Shown: piece after piece, positions 14,021 to 26,531 of the stretch
Position numbering within the stretch: position 1 is the first letter of the stretch
How the letters are laid out: the number at the start of each line of letters is the position of its first letter
Source of the DNA: Anthoceros angustus
Taxonomy: Eukaryota; Plantae; Anthocerotophyta
DNA: 64,000 nt
Reading direction: 5' to 3'
NCBI GenBank assembly: GCA_010909165.1
Contig: MU008192.1
Coordinates: 62,001-126,000, forward strand
Translations under genes and position numbers: made by a program
Notes under the pieces: generated by a model
The model's database searches: none
What the model saw: the letters and a program-made list of their open reading frames with translations, nothing else
What the model was told of the DNA's origin: nothing

Positions 14021-14118
14021 CTCATCGAATATCCACATATACTAGTCCATGATGTGACCGCATTTTTGTGAGGGAGCTCGTCCAGCCAAGTAAGCGTCTT
14101 CTACACACTTTGCATACA

Positions 14119-16870
14119 TGTTGATTACGATTGGGATTAGCCATATTTGCTCTAGCGTTTATTATTCTGCGGTGCGGAGAGGATTGAAGGCTAGCATGCC
14201 ATGAAGGAGGCCTCAATCTGAGACATCGATTCTTTGCTCAGGAGAGCACCTTAGCGACAAATGCAAGGCTTCAACTTGAGATTCTATGCTACAGTTGTGC
14301 AAGTCGTAGTGGGCGATGTCGGGATGTGGTGGTTGCTTCGTAGTCCTCTTCAAAGAATGCTTGGTGGAATCCATGGTGAAGGTTGGTCTTCTTTGGTGTC
14401 GCTCCGATGTTGGGGCGTGTTGAGGATGCGGTTCTTGCTAGGTATTGCTGGGCTCGCTGGCGTCTGAGACCTTCCAAGAACGATGCTCGAGCTATCTTTG
14501 TCTCGCACTTCTGCCCGGTTATGTGATCTTGTGTTTCCGGGCGGCAGCCGGGAGTCTGGCCGCGAGGCATCGCGCAGTCCTCAAGATCGTTGACTCCCGT
14601 TGCGGTCGGTTCGTCCGAGCTCCATCCGCGTGAGATCGATGCACGAGACCAGAGCCGGGCGGCGTCTGCAGGAAGGCCGCCTCGATACTATAAGCGGGCG
14701 CGATCAGAAAAGAGTGATTTATTGGTGAACAAGATGAGCTTAAGTACACAATCGTATGCGTTGCAAGTAACTGCATGCTGCTTTACGGTTGCATGCGCTA
14801 CCATCAACTCGGGGTATGAGCCGATCTAATCAAACTCGACGCCCTAGCCGATCCGGCGCCCTTCTGCTCCAACAGCGTGGGCGCCGTTATGGATGACATT
14901 GCGCCCTTGTCATGCAGACCGATGTTGTGCTCTGGCGCACCCAAAACAAAATGCTGCGTCACGAGCCGCGAGGAGAGTGATGATGAGCAGCTGCAGTTGA
15001 GCTTTACGATTCAAATCCATAGCTTACGTACCCTAGCTTTGTGTGGAGCTCGTCGTGGACAATGTCCCTTGCTCCCGTCTCAATCCGTTGGCTCATCAAA
15101 TAAGCATATATTTCAGACTGTCTAATTCGTGTGTCCACATGGCTTAGGCCAAATGGGGACACATTTATACCAACGTCGCTGTTTCAAGCATCCTGCGCTT
15201 CCATCCATACTTGATACTTGATAGGGTGCCTAGAGGGAGTGGATGCCCTTGCGCGGTGGCTTGACCATTCATGGTTTTTTAGTTAATGATAAATAAACTT
15301 CTTCTCCTCCATCTGGACATATTATTCGTGGAGAAACTTGTGCTCAAGACATTGAAGGTCACTCAAAATGAGGCGGAACCTGCATGGACTGACCTAGTAC
15401 ATCAAATCCAAGAATGAGACTCATGAATCTCTGGAATGGAATCTTTGTAAGAATGAGCCTCAATTGCCGATTCTGCCACCACTCCACCCATCGGATATGT
15501 TACACCAACCCAGGTGAAGTCTGTCTCTCCATCCTAGGATGCCATTGTGCAAACGGCCATGGCCGACCCATCGGCAACATCAAATTAAAGTCCTGTCTTC
15601 ACACTTGGCACCTCAAGCCCGGCTACTGTACCAAAGCAGAGCACCACCACGTGCACTTTGCCAAAAGAAACAACGCACATATGTGTCGGTGAAACAACTA
15701 TTGCAACACCGCGGGCGGGGATAGTGGAGCACCCAAACATGTATATTTTACACTCTAATCGCATTTGTGCAAAAGCACGCACTGCGGTATGGTGCCAATT
15801 CCCGTCCGAGTCATAGACACATCGGCGGCGTATACGCAAGCACACGGCCAAAAGAGACGATCCGGATTGATACGTCATTCCTTGTTCATCTTGGACAAGC
15901 TGCAACAATGAGCACGTGAGACAAATGAAGTTCTCAAAAATTTCTTGTCAGCTTCAACCCACGCCGATTAGTAGCCGGGGATCAAACCGGTCGTTAGGTG
16001 GAATCCGATCCACTCTCACGCATTTGGTGAATCTTGTCCACGAGATGCATAGATGAGGGAGGCGGATGCTCGCGTCTTCGTGGGTGCCCTTGCCCAAAGG
16101 CAAAGGCATAACCAAGCTTATCATGCGGTCGGGAACGCTTATCTGGCGCGAATCTTGTGTGGGCGTCGCGGATCGCGGGCGACGGTGCAACCCACTTTGT
16201 GAGCAGTCATCTCACGGTGATGATGAAGCCCCGGTGGACGGTGGTGGTCTGACCATACACAGACTTTAAAGCATGGGGCGGTAGTGTTACGACGGTGGAT
16301 CCACCGCTCAGTATGAATTCTTTGAATGCAATTCTTCCGTGTCATGTGTGCGCTTGTTCCGTGATGTCTTTGTTGCTCGAAGGATTGTCCGTGATTGGGA
16401 TTTTTGAAATCATCTACAGTGCGATCGGTGGGCCACCGATCATTCATATAGTTTCAGACAAGCACGCTTTTAATTTACATAGCTTTCGAGGCACTTCATA
16501 CTTGGGCACAGGTGAGAATGTGAGGTGTGAAATTGCCCTAGATCCTTCCAGAGCAGTGGCAGCAGTCACTCTTTCACTTTTCGTTGGAACCCATGGAGCC
16601 CTTTGAGTCATGAGGCACTGCGAAGCATGGAGCACTTTTGAACCAGCCTTTGTGGAAAGTCAGGCGGTCGACCACAGACGTCAGTGGAAGCCACCCCGGA
16701 CATTGTGTGAAATTTGCGTGTGAGTGAGTGGCGAGCGGCGAGAGGCAGTTCTGGCCCATGCCCTCGGGAATCCGTATCACATATACTAGTCCATGATGTG
16801 ACGCATTTTTGTGAGGGAGCTCCAACAGTAGTAAGCGTCTTCTACCGCCACACTTTGCATACATGTTGAA
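14119..16870 (-). repeat. Tandem copy B (about 2.8 kb) of 11280-14118: copia-2 leader plus LINE plus PPR fragment
   Basis: Block-by-block identity with indels; junction on shared TGTTGA (11280-11285 and 14119-14124). Confidence 0.9.
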
Positions 16871-17179
16871 CAACTGGTGGCCCAGATACATCGACCGTGT
16901 CCTAGATCCGGACATGTATATTTTACGAGTGCGGGGCGAGCATCCCGGGGAATTTCAACAACGATAATTTTTGAAGGGGTTAATAATCTCGAAGGGGTTT
17001 TCCATAAATAATCTACGAAGGGGTTTTGATGGGCCCTAAAGCAGCGTTTGAAGGCATTCGGAAAGCGACTCAAAAAGGGTCACCGTAAAGTTACTACTTT
17101 CCATCCGGCAATGTTTGTGTCGAATGGTGGTGCAAACTCGAACCTAGGGAATGATGCAAAGTAGGAGCGGTGAGGGTTC

Positions 17180-18410
17180 TGCAAACAGCCCATGGCCGTG
17201 GATCCCATCGGCAACATCAAATTAAAGTCGTCTTCACACTTGGCACCAAGCCCGACTACTGTACCAAGCAGAGCACCACCACGTGCATCGCTAAAAGAAA
17301 CAACGATGTCTGCATCACAAATTGCAACACCACTGACGATAAGTGGAGCACCAAACATATATTTCCACACTCTAATCGCATTTGTGCAAAAGCCACGTAA
17401 CTGCAAGTATGGTGCCAATTCCCGTCCGAGTCATAGACACATCTCGCACGCACACACGGCCAAAAGAGATCCGGATCACATATGATACGTCATTCCTTGC
17501 CTTTGACAAGCTGCAATCAAGCTGTGAGACAAATGAAGTTCTCAAAAAAATTCCAAGCTTCAACCCACGTGACCGATTAGTAGCCGGGGATCAAACCGGT
17601 CGCCTAGGTGGAATCACGATCCACTCACGCATTTGGTGAATCTGTCCCACGAGATGCATAGATGAGAGTAGAGCGGATGCTCGCGTCTTCGAGGTGCCCT
17701 TGACGCCAAAAGAAGGCAAAGAACCAAGCTTATCATGCGGTCACCGCAATCTTGTGCCCACGCTGCACCCAATCTTTGTGTGGGCGTCGCATCGCGGGCG
17801 GGCACGGTGCAACCCCTTTGTCCAGAACGACGGGAACGCTGTCATCTACGGTGATGATGAAGCCCCCGGGTGGAGCACCCGGACGGTGGTCCAGCCATAC
17901 ACACCAGACTTTAAAGCATGGGAGAAGCGGGTAGTGTTACGACGGTGGATCCACCGCTCGAAGTATGAATTCTTTGAATGCAATTCTTCCGTGTCATGTG
18001 TGCGCTTGTTCCGTGTGATGTCTTTGTTGCTCGAAGGATTGTCGACGTGATTGGGATTTTTGAAATCATCTGAAACAGCGATCACCCGATCATTCATATA
18101 GTTTCAGACAAGCACGCTTTTACTGTAAGCTCGAGGGCACTTCATACTTGGGCACAGGTGAGAATGTGAGGTGTGAAATTGCCTAGATCCTTCCAGATAA
18201 ATACTGACCTTGGTGGTCACTCTTTCACTTTTCGTTGGAACCCATGGAGCCCTTTGAGTGAGGCAGCCTTTGGGAAGCATGGAGCACTTTGAACCATTTT
18301 TGTGGAAAGTCAGGCGCCCATGTGACGTCAGTGGAAGCCCGGACATTGTGTGAAATTGTGTGAGAGTGAGTGAGCGAGTGCCGAGAGCTCAGAGTTCTGG
18401 CCCATGCCCT
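17180..18410 (-). repeat. Third partial copy (C) of the degenerate L1-like LINE
   Basis: Re-enters the LINE at tgcaaacagcccatgg (compare 12745) and repeats the same blocks. Confidence 0.85.
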
Positions 18411-18790
18411 CGGGAATATCCATGTCACATATACTAGTCCATGATGTGACCGCATTTTTGTGAGGGAGCCCGCCCAACAGTAGCGTCTTCTACATCGCCA
18501 CACTTTGCATACATGTTGAACAACTGGTGACATATCGACCGTGTCCTAGATCCCATGGACATATTTCGAGTGCGGGGCGAGCATCGGGAATTTCAACAAC
18601 ACGATAATTTTTGAAGGGGTTAATAATCTAAGGGGTTTTCCGCAATAATCTCTCAAGGGGTTTTGATGGGCCCTAAAATGCTTTGAAGGCATTGCGAAAA
18701 CATTCAAAAAAAAAAAGGTGTCACCCAAAGAAAGTTACTACTTTCCATCCAAAGAATGTTTGTGTCGAATGGTGGTCGCAAACTCGAACC
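18410..18790 (-). pseudogene. Degenerate PLS-type PPR gene fragment (also at about 16760-17150 and partially 14020-14128)
   Basis: Minus-strand translation across frameshifts ..LFNMYAKCGDVEDA...PHKNAV.SWTS...GYSRGHG, matching the PPR consensus LVNMYAKCG...DA...FD.M..+NVVSW..MI..YA.HG. Confidence 0.7.
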
Positions 18791-18849
18791 TAGGGAATGA
18801 TGCAAAGTAGGAACGGTGAGGAAGGCCGCCTCACGCAGGGACGATCAGA

Positions 18850-19700
18850 ACTCGCTTTGGGATGGAAATGTGGTTTTGTTATGACACCACAAAAGCCACG
18901 ATGGTATTTCCTAACATGTAAACATCAAGAACCGGACTTACAACATTAACTCGGGACCCCGAAAACGAGATTTCGCCACTCATCCCCGTAGTTCAATCCA
19001 TCGTCATCACTTGGTCCAAATTTTCTCCCGCATTGTCATCACTATCTTCGCCGCACTTTGACCGCAGTTGTATGAAGCCACGCAACTCGCAGAGCTTATC
19101 CCTTATCGCTTTTTGTCCACCGCACGGATGTTTGTCGTTCAACACAAACCCATAATACAGATGACCGTTTCATCTACAAATACACCGATGTTTTTAGGTA
19201 ATGGACCTTATTCCCTTTTTCCCAAGATTGGACCGATGGGTTACCACTGACTATGTATTCTCGCACATATCTCCTTCATACGCATCTGTGCTCGGTCCGA
19301 TACTGGATAAGAAAGTGAGGTCGTGGCTTAGCTTCACGCCAATGACCTCCCAATCCGTAATGGTATGTCCATTGCACGGCACCGCCAAACATCCTCCTGA
19401 TATGTCCCCATTCATCCGTGCCATTTCCAGCTTGCCTTCCCGCATTTTGATATGCCCCTCACATATCACGCCGTGGAGGTCCTCAATAATGCCTCATCTA
19501 GCAAAGCTTCATCCGCACTTGAAGTGGTCAGTCAGATGATCCACTTCTACACGTGAAAACCACTTCCAAGGACGTAGCACTAGCCCAATGTTATTCTCCA
19601 CAATGATAGCAATCTCCTTCCGTCCACCCAAAAGGCTTCCCACCACTTGTACTCTTCAATACCTATGGACGCAAATCTTTTAACCCTTCCCGCAAATGGG
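18850..19700 (-). mobile_element. Possible degenerate Ty3/gypsy protease/RT remnant
   Basis: Weak resemblance of CLAVPCNGHTITDWEVIGVKLSHDLTFL (19251-19469) to the retropepsin region; no clean motif. Confidence 0.3.
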
Positions 19701-19779
19701 CCACACCTTCCATCGGTGATAGGATACCGCTGCTCCTTCTTGTCCCCCTAGCTTCACCCATGCAATGGTGCAGGAGGCG

Positions 19780-20125
19780 CCACGACCGGCCTCCCCAAAG
19801 ATGCTCGCCATGGGCCGGCCACGCCTCCCCTAGCACACTGCCCATGGCTGGCCGGCCGCGCCTAGCACACTGCCATGGGCCGGCCGGCGCCTCCCCTAGC
19901 ACACCGCCTGGCGCCGCCGCCGCCTAGCACACGCCCGCCCACGCCTGCGCCGCACACCGCCTCCCCTAGCACACCGCCCATGGGCGCCGGGCCACGCCTA
20001 GCACACCGCCCATGGGCGCGCCTCCCGCACACACCGCCCGGGCCACGCCCCCACACGCCCGCCCAGCGGCCGGCCGGCGCCTCCCCTAGCACACCTGCCC
20101 CACCCATGGGCGGCCGGCCCCATGG
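19780..20125. repeat. Degenerate GC-rich tandem array, 30-45-bp units with core CCTAGCACAC..GCCCATGGGC (about 7 copies)
   Basis: Direct reading of the repeated core. Confidence 0.8.
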
Positions 20126-21049
20126 GCCTCAGGCTGTCTTCAAGAAAATATATATTTAGCGCCTCAAGAGAGTTGCAACTTGGGATTGTTGGTCAAGTGT
20201 TTGGGAAATAAGTGTAGTAATGAATAGGTTGTGTGTTCAAAACCCGTATCTTCCTAACAACTCAATTTTGTTGATTTTAAGGATGCTTGCATGGGCGCAT
20301 GGGCAACTAACTTTGTTCATTTTAAGGACGCTAGCATTGCCTTAAAGCCCAAGTGGTTGCATTGAGTGCCAGAAGGTTGAAGACCACGACGACCTTTTGG
20401 ATGAGGGTCGCAGACTAGATGTCAGGGCGCGACAGACCGGGCCCAAGAATGATACTATTGAAGACGAGCAAGCAATGGAGGAGAACGACAACTCGAGGCG
20501 GAGGATATGGACCGCCTCCGAATATGGCGGTGGTACTTGACTCCGCCGGCAAGGCATGGATGAGTCGTCGGGCCGCACTCTTGAATGACTATTGTCGATG
20601 CCGATGACCACTTCTTCCTTTAGCAGCTTGTTTGTTGCAATGTTCTCACGACCATTGAAATAAGACTCCGCTAGTACAAGATTGTTTTCATTGTGTTCCA
20701 CCACTTGAAAGTAAAAGTTTTCGGTTGTAATAAACATATGAAAATGGCAGCCCTCTATGCATTCTACTAAACGAACGGGCCACACCCTATTGTGCTCAGT
20801 TCTCGGGTGTAGACTTGAAAGTGCATCTTTTATCAAAGATATGACCTCGTAAAGGGTGTGCATTATCAAAGTAGGGCACATGCATGCTGCTCTAAGGTGT
20901 TCTTCCGTGATGGGTTGCTCGGCCAAGGGGTCTGAGATATCCTTCAAATTTGTTCAACCAGCCTTGTGATACGCAATATTGGAGGCCATTGAACGGGCTC
21001 CACGCAGGGCTTGTAGAGAGCGCACATACTTCTTTGTCACCTCGGAGGC

Positions 21050-22460
21050 TGCCTGCAGATGGTGCTTATTTCAAAACCTCATCATTCATCTCGGCCTCTG
21101 GCCACAGACGTGCCACCTTGCCACGATTTAGACGAAATGTGTACTACATGACATGTCCACTAAACCCTAAGTCCCACACAGGGACCAGCGAAAGTCTTCG
21201 AGTTCACAGAGTCGGTGTGAGCCCGGCTTCCACCAAAGACTGTGCCTTACAACCCTACATAGTGTGATGTGGGCGCCAATTGCCCAAAGATGAGGATGCA
21301 ATTACTTTCACTGTGATAACCATCAGTTGTCCCGATTGCACAGTAAATGTGGTCGTGGAACACACGAAGTGCCCTCAGCTCATTCTTGGTGTGCAACCAA
21401 GGTAAGGCATGCAAGGTAATATGCACACATCCACGACGACTTTCAGCCATTTCTGTGGCTGAGCTCATGGCTGCCAAAGAAAGAGGGGAGCCTGTTGGTA
21501 CGACCGTTGGCTACCAGTTACGGTTAGAGAATGAAGGAGGAAGACATAGTCCTTTCATGTTTCCGACCAATGGTGTCCTCCTGCGGAAGCTGGTGAAGTA
21601 CATGGAGAGCATTCAGCAATGAATGAAGATGCTGATGATGAATAACTCAGAAGATGGGGGTGGATGCAACACATGTAATTGTGCATGAGACTCATGAGCG
21701 TGATCGAATCACTGAGTTTTCTTGATTAGTGATTGTGTTGCGGAAAGTTTATGCCGATTTAGACTCAGACTTGTTCACCCGATATATATTTTGGGGTTGT
21801 CACATCATTCTGATAGGGTTTCACGTACCTGTCGAGCGAACTTATTTTCCGCCGGGATCACTCATTGGTTACGGTGATGCTGAGGGAGTGCTACGGCCGA
21901 TGTTTGCTTTGCTGCGGGCAAATGTGGTCTTTGCATCAACATTGCTATCGCTAAAGGCGGCATGTCTATTACACATGAAGATGGAATGACTTGCGCGGTA
22001 GGCAAATACAGCAACTTGAGGTCAACGCGAGGCCAGGTCCAAGCAAGAGCAATCTTGAACAAAAGAGTTTGGGGTCGCCCAATGTGAGAGCAAATGGTGT
22101 TGCTTGGCAAGGAGGACATTGATGTGGTCCTCATTGAGCGATCATTGAGTCATACATATGGACATCCAGCAGCGGCGGTTTTGGGCGTTATCTTAGTGTT
22201 CCTGCCGTGTGGATGACATCTCAAGCGTGATGTGGCAACCTCCAGGCTTTCTTCTTGCGTGATTTTACTTCTGTTTCTCAAGTGAGGCAGGAAAAGGTTT
22301 TCAAGCGTCCACCTCTGTGTAAAAATGAAGATTGTTCTCGAACCAAAGGTTGCTGCAAGCGCAATTACTATCGGTGATGTTGTACTTGTCAGCACGGGCC
22401 GACCAAAGGAGAAAAGCTATGATCCGGATATACCCGAAATGGTAGTTCGGGCTACTGGCA
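21050..22460 (+). pseudogene. Intronless degenerate DExH-box RNA helicase (plant DExH6/NIH, YTHDC2-like)
   Basis: CKVICTHPRRLSAISVAE...GYQLRLENEGGRHS..F.TNGVLLRKL; DATHVIVHETHERDR (DEIH); LFTRY..GC..I.GF..PV; ankyrin-like insert; GVILVFLP; QEKVFKRPP..KIVL...AITIGDVV...KEKSYDP; many frameshifts. Confidence 0.85.
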
Positions 22461-23489
22461 ATGTGCAGGTAAGAATAGTCTGAGCCCCGAGCTGCTCTCC
22501 ACAACCAAACGAGCACGAACAAGCCTCCTCCAGGTCCATGTCCGGCACTGGCTGGGGCTGGGTGGCATCACTGTATGCTGCCATCTCCTTGCTTCCTCTT
22601 CGGTCACGAGGAGGCTGGTTGTTGTTCAGTTCTTCTTGAAGCTCACATGACTCCAATCATGCATCCCCATCCCCATACCACACACATCAGCCTCAACCTC
22701 CACAAACAAGCAAACAAACAACGCCATCACGAGCCCTTGGATCTCGTGATCACCACCGCTCACACCCGTGCACACCAAAGCCCGCTTTCGAGGCCGAGGC
22801 GAAGCCCGTCCGAGCCACGACATGCCTCAGAAACCACTCGAGCTGACCTCCTCGCCAGAACCCGTTATTCTCACTCACTCGAACAAGCCCGGCCCCACGA
22901 GACTAAAGAATCGACTATCAAAGGCGAAGTCGGGAATCTAATGCCGCTGAGCTGGCCTCCGGCTCAACTCCGCGCCTCCCCGCCTCGCCACCTCCTCGAC
23001 CTCAACTCGCATGCCCCAAGCCTCCACACCAACCATCACGTACCTGCTCACGTGGAGGCGTGACTCGAACCCGCTCTCCCTGCCCCGGCAGTTTAGCACT
23101 ATGGCACCCACGACACCAACCACGGCGGGCAGGCGGGGCAACAGCGGCCACATCACCGCCTCAAGCTCCTTGAGCAAGCCTAAGTCGAGGCAGACATTGG
23201 CACCCAAGCGACCTCCGTGAGGGATGTGAAGAATCTAGGATGCACCACAGTTCGCTCCCGTCAGCCTTGGACCATGGCTCCCACACCCTCTATGCTCCAT
23301 GCTCCACACCCAGCTCCCTCTTACAGCCCATTGAGATTGACGTGTGAAAGGCAGTTGGAGGTAGGAGGCTCCAGTATGGGTGCCCCGTGTGGCCTTGAGA
23401 ATTACCGATCAATAAAAGTAAAAATGGAGTTTAGACTTGTGAAATGAAAGGGAGCCTTAAGTTGAGGGTGTGTGTGAGTGTGTCTCTTG

Positions 23490-23576
23490 GAAATTCAAAC
23501 ATAGGAGATGGTCTCCTGGAGATTCAAACATAGGAGATGGTCTCCTGGAGATTCAAACATAAGAGATTGGTCTGCT
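23490..23576. repeat. 29-bp tandem repeat x3 (GAGATTCAAACATAGGAGATGGTCTCCTG)
   Basis: Head-to-tail copies; internal hairpin AGGAGA-tgg-TCTCCT. Confidence 0.9.
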
Positions 23577-23669
23577 AACATTTTGGTGAAATACAAAATT
23601 TCACACATGAACTAGATGCTACGCTCTACAAGCAGCCATTGCTATTCCACTCATAATGTACAATGCACA

Positions 23670-24572
23670 TTAGTCCTGTATGTAACATTCCAATTTCTGT
23701 TCGCCGTTCTGGACAACATATGGTGTACACTTAAACACTTCATGAAATACAGCATATGCTACTGAAAACTCGTATGCTGACAAATACTTATCACTGATCG
23801 CATGAGCAATCTTCTTAGCGCTTGTTCTATGTACTATGCCCTTTGAATATGTTGAGCAGATGTTCCTCATCACCTTGGTCCTCTTAAGCAAGCCCTCTGT
23901 AATCTCGAATCTATAAGGTGTATCGCCACTGCCACTGAGAATTCCAAATCTTTTGTCCCTATGTACCTCAATACTTTTCAATATCGCCCCAAAAAAACAC
24001 CTGATTTGCTGGACAGCACCATCTCCGATAATTATGCGCATAGAATATATCTCATCCTCTAGTGCCTTTATTTTCACCACATCAACTTTCATCTCCTCTT
24101 TCAACACTTTTATCTGAGAATTTGTCTTTACATTCAAGTCTTTAATTTCTTCTTTTGTCTTTACATTCAAATCTTTAATTTCTTCTTCGAGACATCCAAA
24201 CTTGGAATTCATTTCCCTGATGGTTGCTGCCAAGTCCCCATACGTATCTCCAAAATCAGTTCCCTCAAGTAGTAAGGATCCACAAGAAGGGGATGATATT
24301 TCCTCGATGGTCCGCTCCTCAAGGTTGTAAAGTTTCAACTTGGCTCTCGTTCCCTCGTTCGCCTTCTTCTCCATTAAATTCATGATCCTCCTCTTGGTAA
24401 CCATATCCACAAAGCCGGATTGATCAGATTTCCATACAACCCATCTGTGTTTTTTTGGACCCTCATCACCTACACTCCTCTTCATATTCCCAGAATTTTT
24501 GATTTCGCTCCTTGTATAAATCGAGCTCATTTCCAACCTGCCAAAATACAAGTCGAGGTTAGGATTACGCAT
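23670..24572 (-). CDS. Intronless 300-aa orphan protein with a central coiled coil
   Basis: Uninterrupted ATG-to-stop ORF; heptad-like segment with internal duplication EEIKDLNVKT x2; no family recognised. Confidence 0.55.
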   Translation of the reverse strand: MRNPNLDLYFGRLEMSSIYTRSEIKNSGNMKRSVGDEGPKKHRWVVWKSDQSGFVDMVTKRRIMNLMEKKANEGTRAKLKLYNLEERTIEEISSPSCGSLLLEGTDFGDTYGDLAATIREMNSKFGCLEEEIKDLNVKTKEEIKDLNVKTNSQIKVLKEEMKVDVVKIKALEDEIYSMRIIIGDGAVQQIRCFFGAILKSIEVHRDKRFGILSGSGDTPYRFEITEGLLKRTKVMRNICSTYSKGIVHRTSAKKIAHAISDKYLSAYEFSVAYAVFHEVFKCTPYVVQNGEQKLECYIQD

Positions 24573-26531
24573 TCATAACCTTCCCAATCTTAAACACTTA
24601 TTCCTCATAATTCCACTTATTCCTCATAATTCTTCTGGACTTCTCAATTTTGCATTGGGATACGGCCGGAGTCATGCCTCCTAAGCCTAAACCTAATCCC
24701 GACACTACACCGAAGCCTAACCTAATCCGGCACTACAGGACCTGCCATTCCCATCATCCCCACTCCACGAGGTCCACGAGGTAGAGGACCACCAGGATAC
24801 ATGGGTGGACCTGGCATTGGTGGACGGGCCAATGCCAGAGGGCTCTCAAGATGAGGTTCCCCTCCACACCCCATGTCTTCGTGTCGGTGGACCTGGGCCC
24901 ATTCCAATGATGCCCCCATTTGGCTCCATATCATGACAACGTCCCCTAAAGATGAGGACTCCTAAACCACCCGAATCCACTCCCATACGATGCTGGGGAG
25001 CCGGTGGTGGCAACTCCTTCACCAGACCAGCTCTTTGTCAACGGTAAGCACCATAAGCCTCCGTAGCTCCCCACCCACAAACTACTCCTCCACCGATGAG
25101 AACAATAAGCCTCCGAGGCTTCCCACCCACAAAGTAAGTCTCCACCTCCACTGCCACAGCCACCGGCCAGAGCTGACCATTCTAGAATGCTTCAACAGCT
25201 ACAACCCCAGCCCACCCCACCTTCCTCACCTCCCAGCTCATTCAACGCATCCCTCTCCGCACCAGAGGGACTCTTAGCCACCCGACGACCGCGATGCAAA
25301 AGTCACAGTCTAGAATCGGTGGGAATGGTAATCATGGACGACATCAAGCAAGCTGCAACCATCTCCTTCACAAACCCTAAAGCCCCAACGGGGCCCCACC
25401 CTTCTCCTCCTCTATGGTGATCCACCTCCCCATTCGGAACCCAATGCACCCTGTTCTCAGTGCACCTCCGCTAGCAAACCCTCGACCCCCATCATTCCAT
25501 ACCTGCAACCCCAGCTCCTCCCTCCGATGATCTCCTTGAGCCTGCCTGTCCCCAGACGTGTCCCGCCGTCTAAGCTCCAATCCCCCAACAACAGTTGAAG
25601 CCACTTTGTACGAGAGGTCCAAGGAAGTAACCAAGATCGGGAACCAGCGTGGGCAGACTGTCCATCAGCTCCTCCCGGTTGCTGCTATGCTGCTGCCCCT
25701 TGATGTTTCCGAGGCGCTCCAGCTGCCGCCTCACTGTGTTGCAGCGAGCATAGGCACTGGGCCTACCGTACCCTGTCCCCTAACCATTCACACACAGCAT
25801 AGCACAGCACAGCACAGCACATGATGTACACACAAACACACACAACACACACCTGACGGGGTTCCGCACACGCGCTCCGATTGCGGCACCGAGCATTCAC
25901 CTGTCCTTGACGCGCTCCGGCGAGGGCGGGGCTGCCCCCCCCCTTCCTCAGCCCGGCCCCGTACAGGCGTACGAGGGTACAGGCGGGTGCTGCTGTCAGT
26001 CAGGGTGCTTCGCGTGTATGGGCGCCCACCCCTTACCTCTCAAAACAACCCGGATGAAGCCGGTGCTCGACATTACCACAGACCTAACCCTAATCCTGAA
26101 TCGGGCCTACTTATCGCAAGTTTCTATGACCATGACCTATCTCGATATTCTGTGGCAAGCTGAGAAGATTGCTTGGTTAGAGTGTTATCGTGGTTACTTC
26201 GCATGTTGTGCATCCCGTTCGTCATTGACCATTTCAATGCTGTAATGTCGTGCATCTTCTCAGCTTAGCTTCTGGAGCTCGGGATTTGTCCTCAACGGGA
26301 CAGGAATATCGCTGTGAGACAGGCAATTTATTGAAAGTTACAATACATCCAAGACTTACCAGACTGTTCCTTGCCCGTCGTGCACGTCGTGTCCGGATTG
26401 TTCCCTAATAGGCAAGGCCCGTTGTGTTATACAGGGCGAGATCTTTGTATTGCGCATAGTCTCTTCCTGCATCAGCCGGCAGATTCCTGCAGCATTTTGG
26501 TGTCGCCGAGTGTGGTTTTGCTGCAATTGAG

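Noticed and set aside
20342-20947. 201-aa minus-strand ORF
   Set aside because: Starts at a non-ATG codon, no motif recognised, and lies in degraded sequence; left unannotated.
23490-23576. 29-bp palindromic repeat resembling a CRISPR direct repeat
   Set aside because: Copies are head-to-tail with no spacers; a simple minisatellite.
24674-25640. Pro/Gly-rich degenerate coding-like stretch (MPPKPKPNP...RGPRGRGPPG)
   Set aside because: Frameshifted and low-complexity; may be a LINE ORF1 or gag N-terminus but no diagnostic motif was found.
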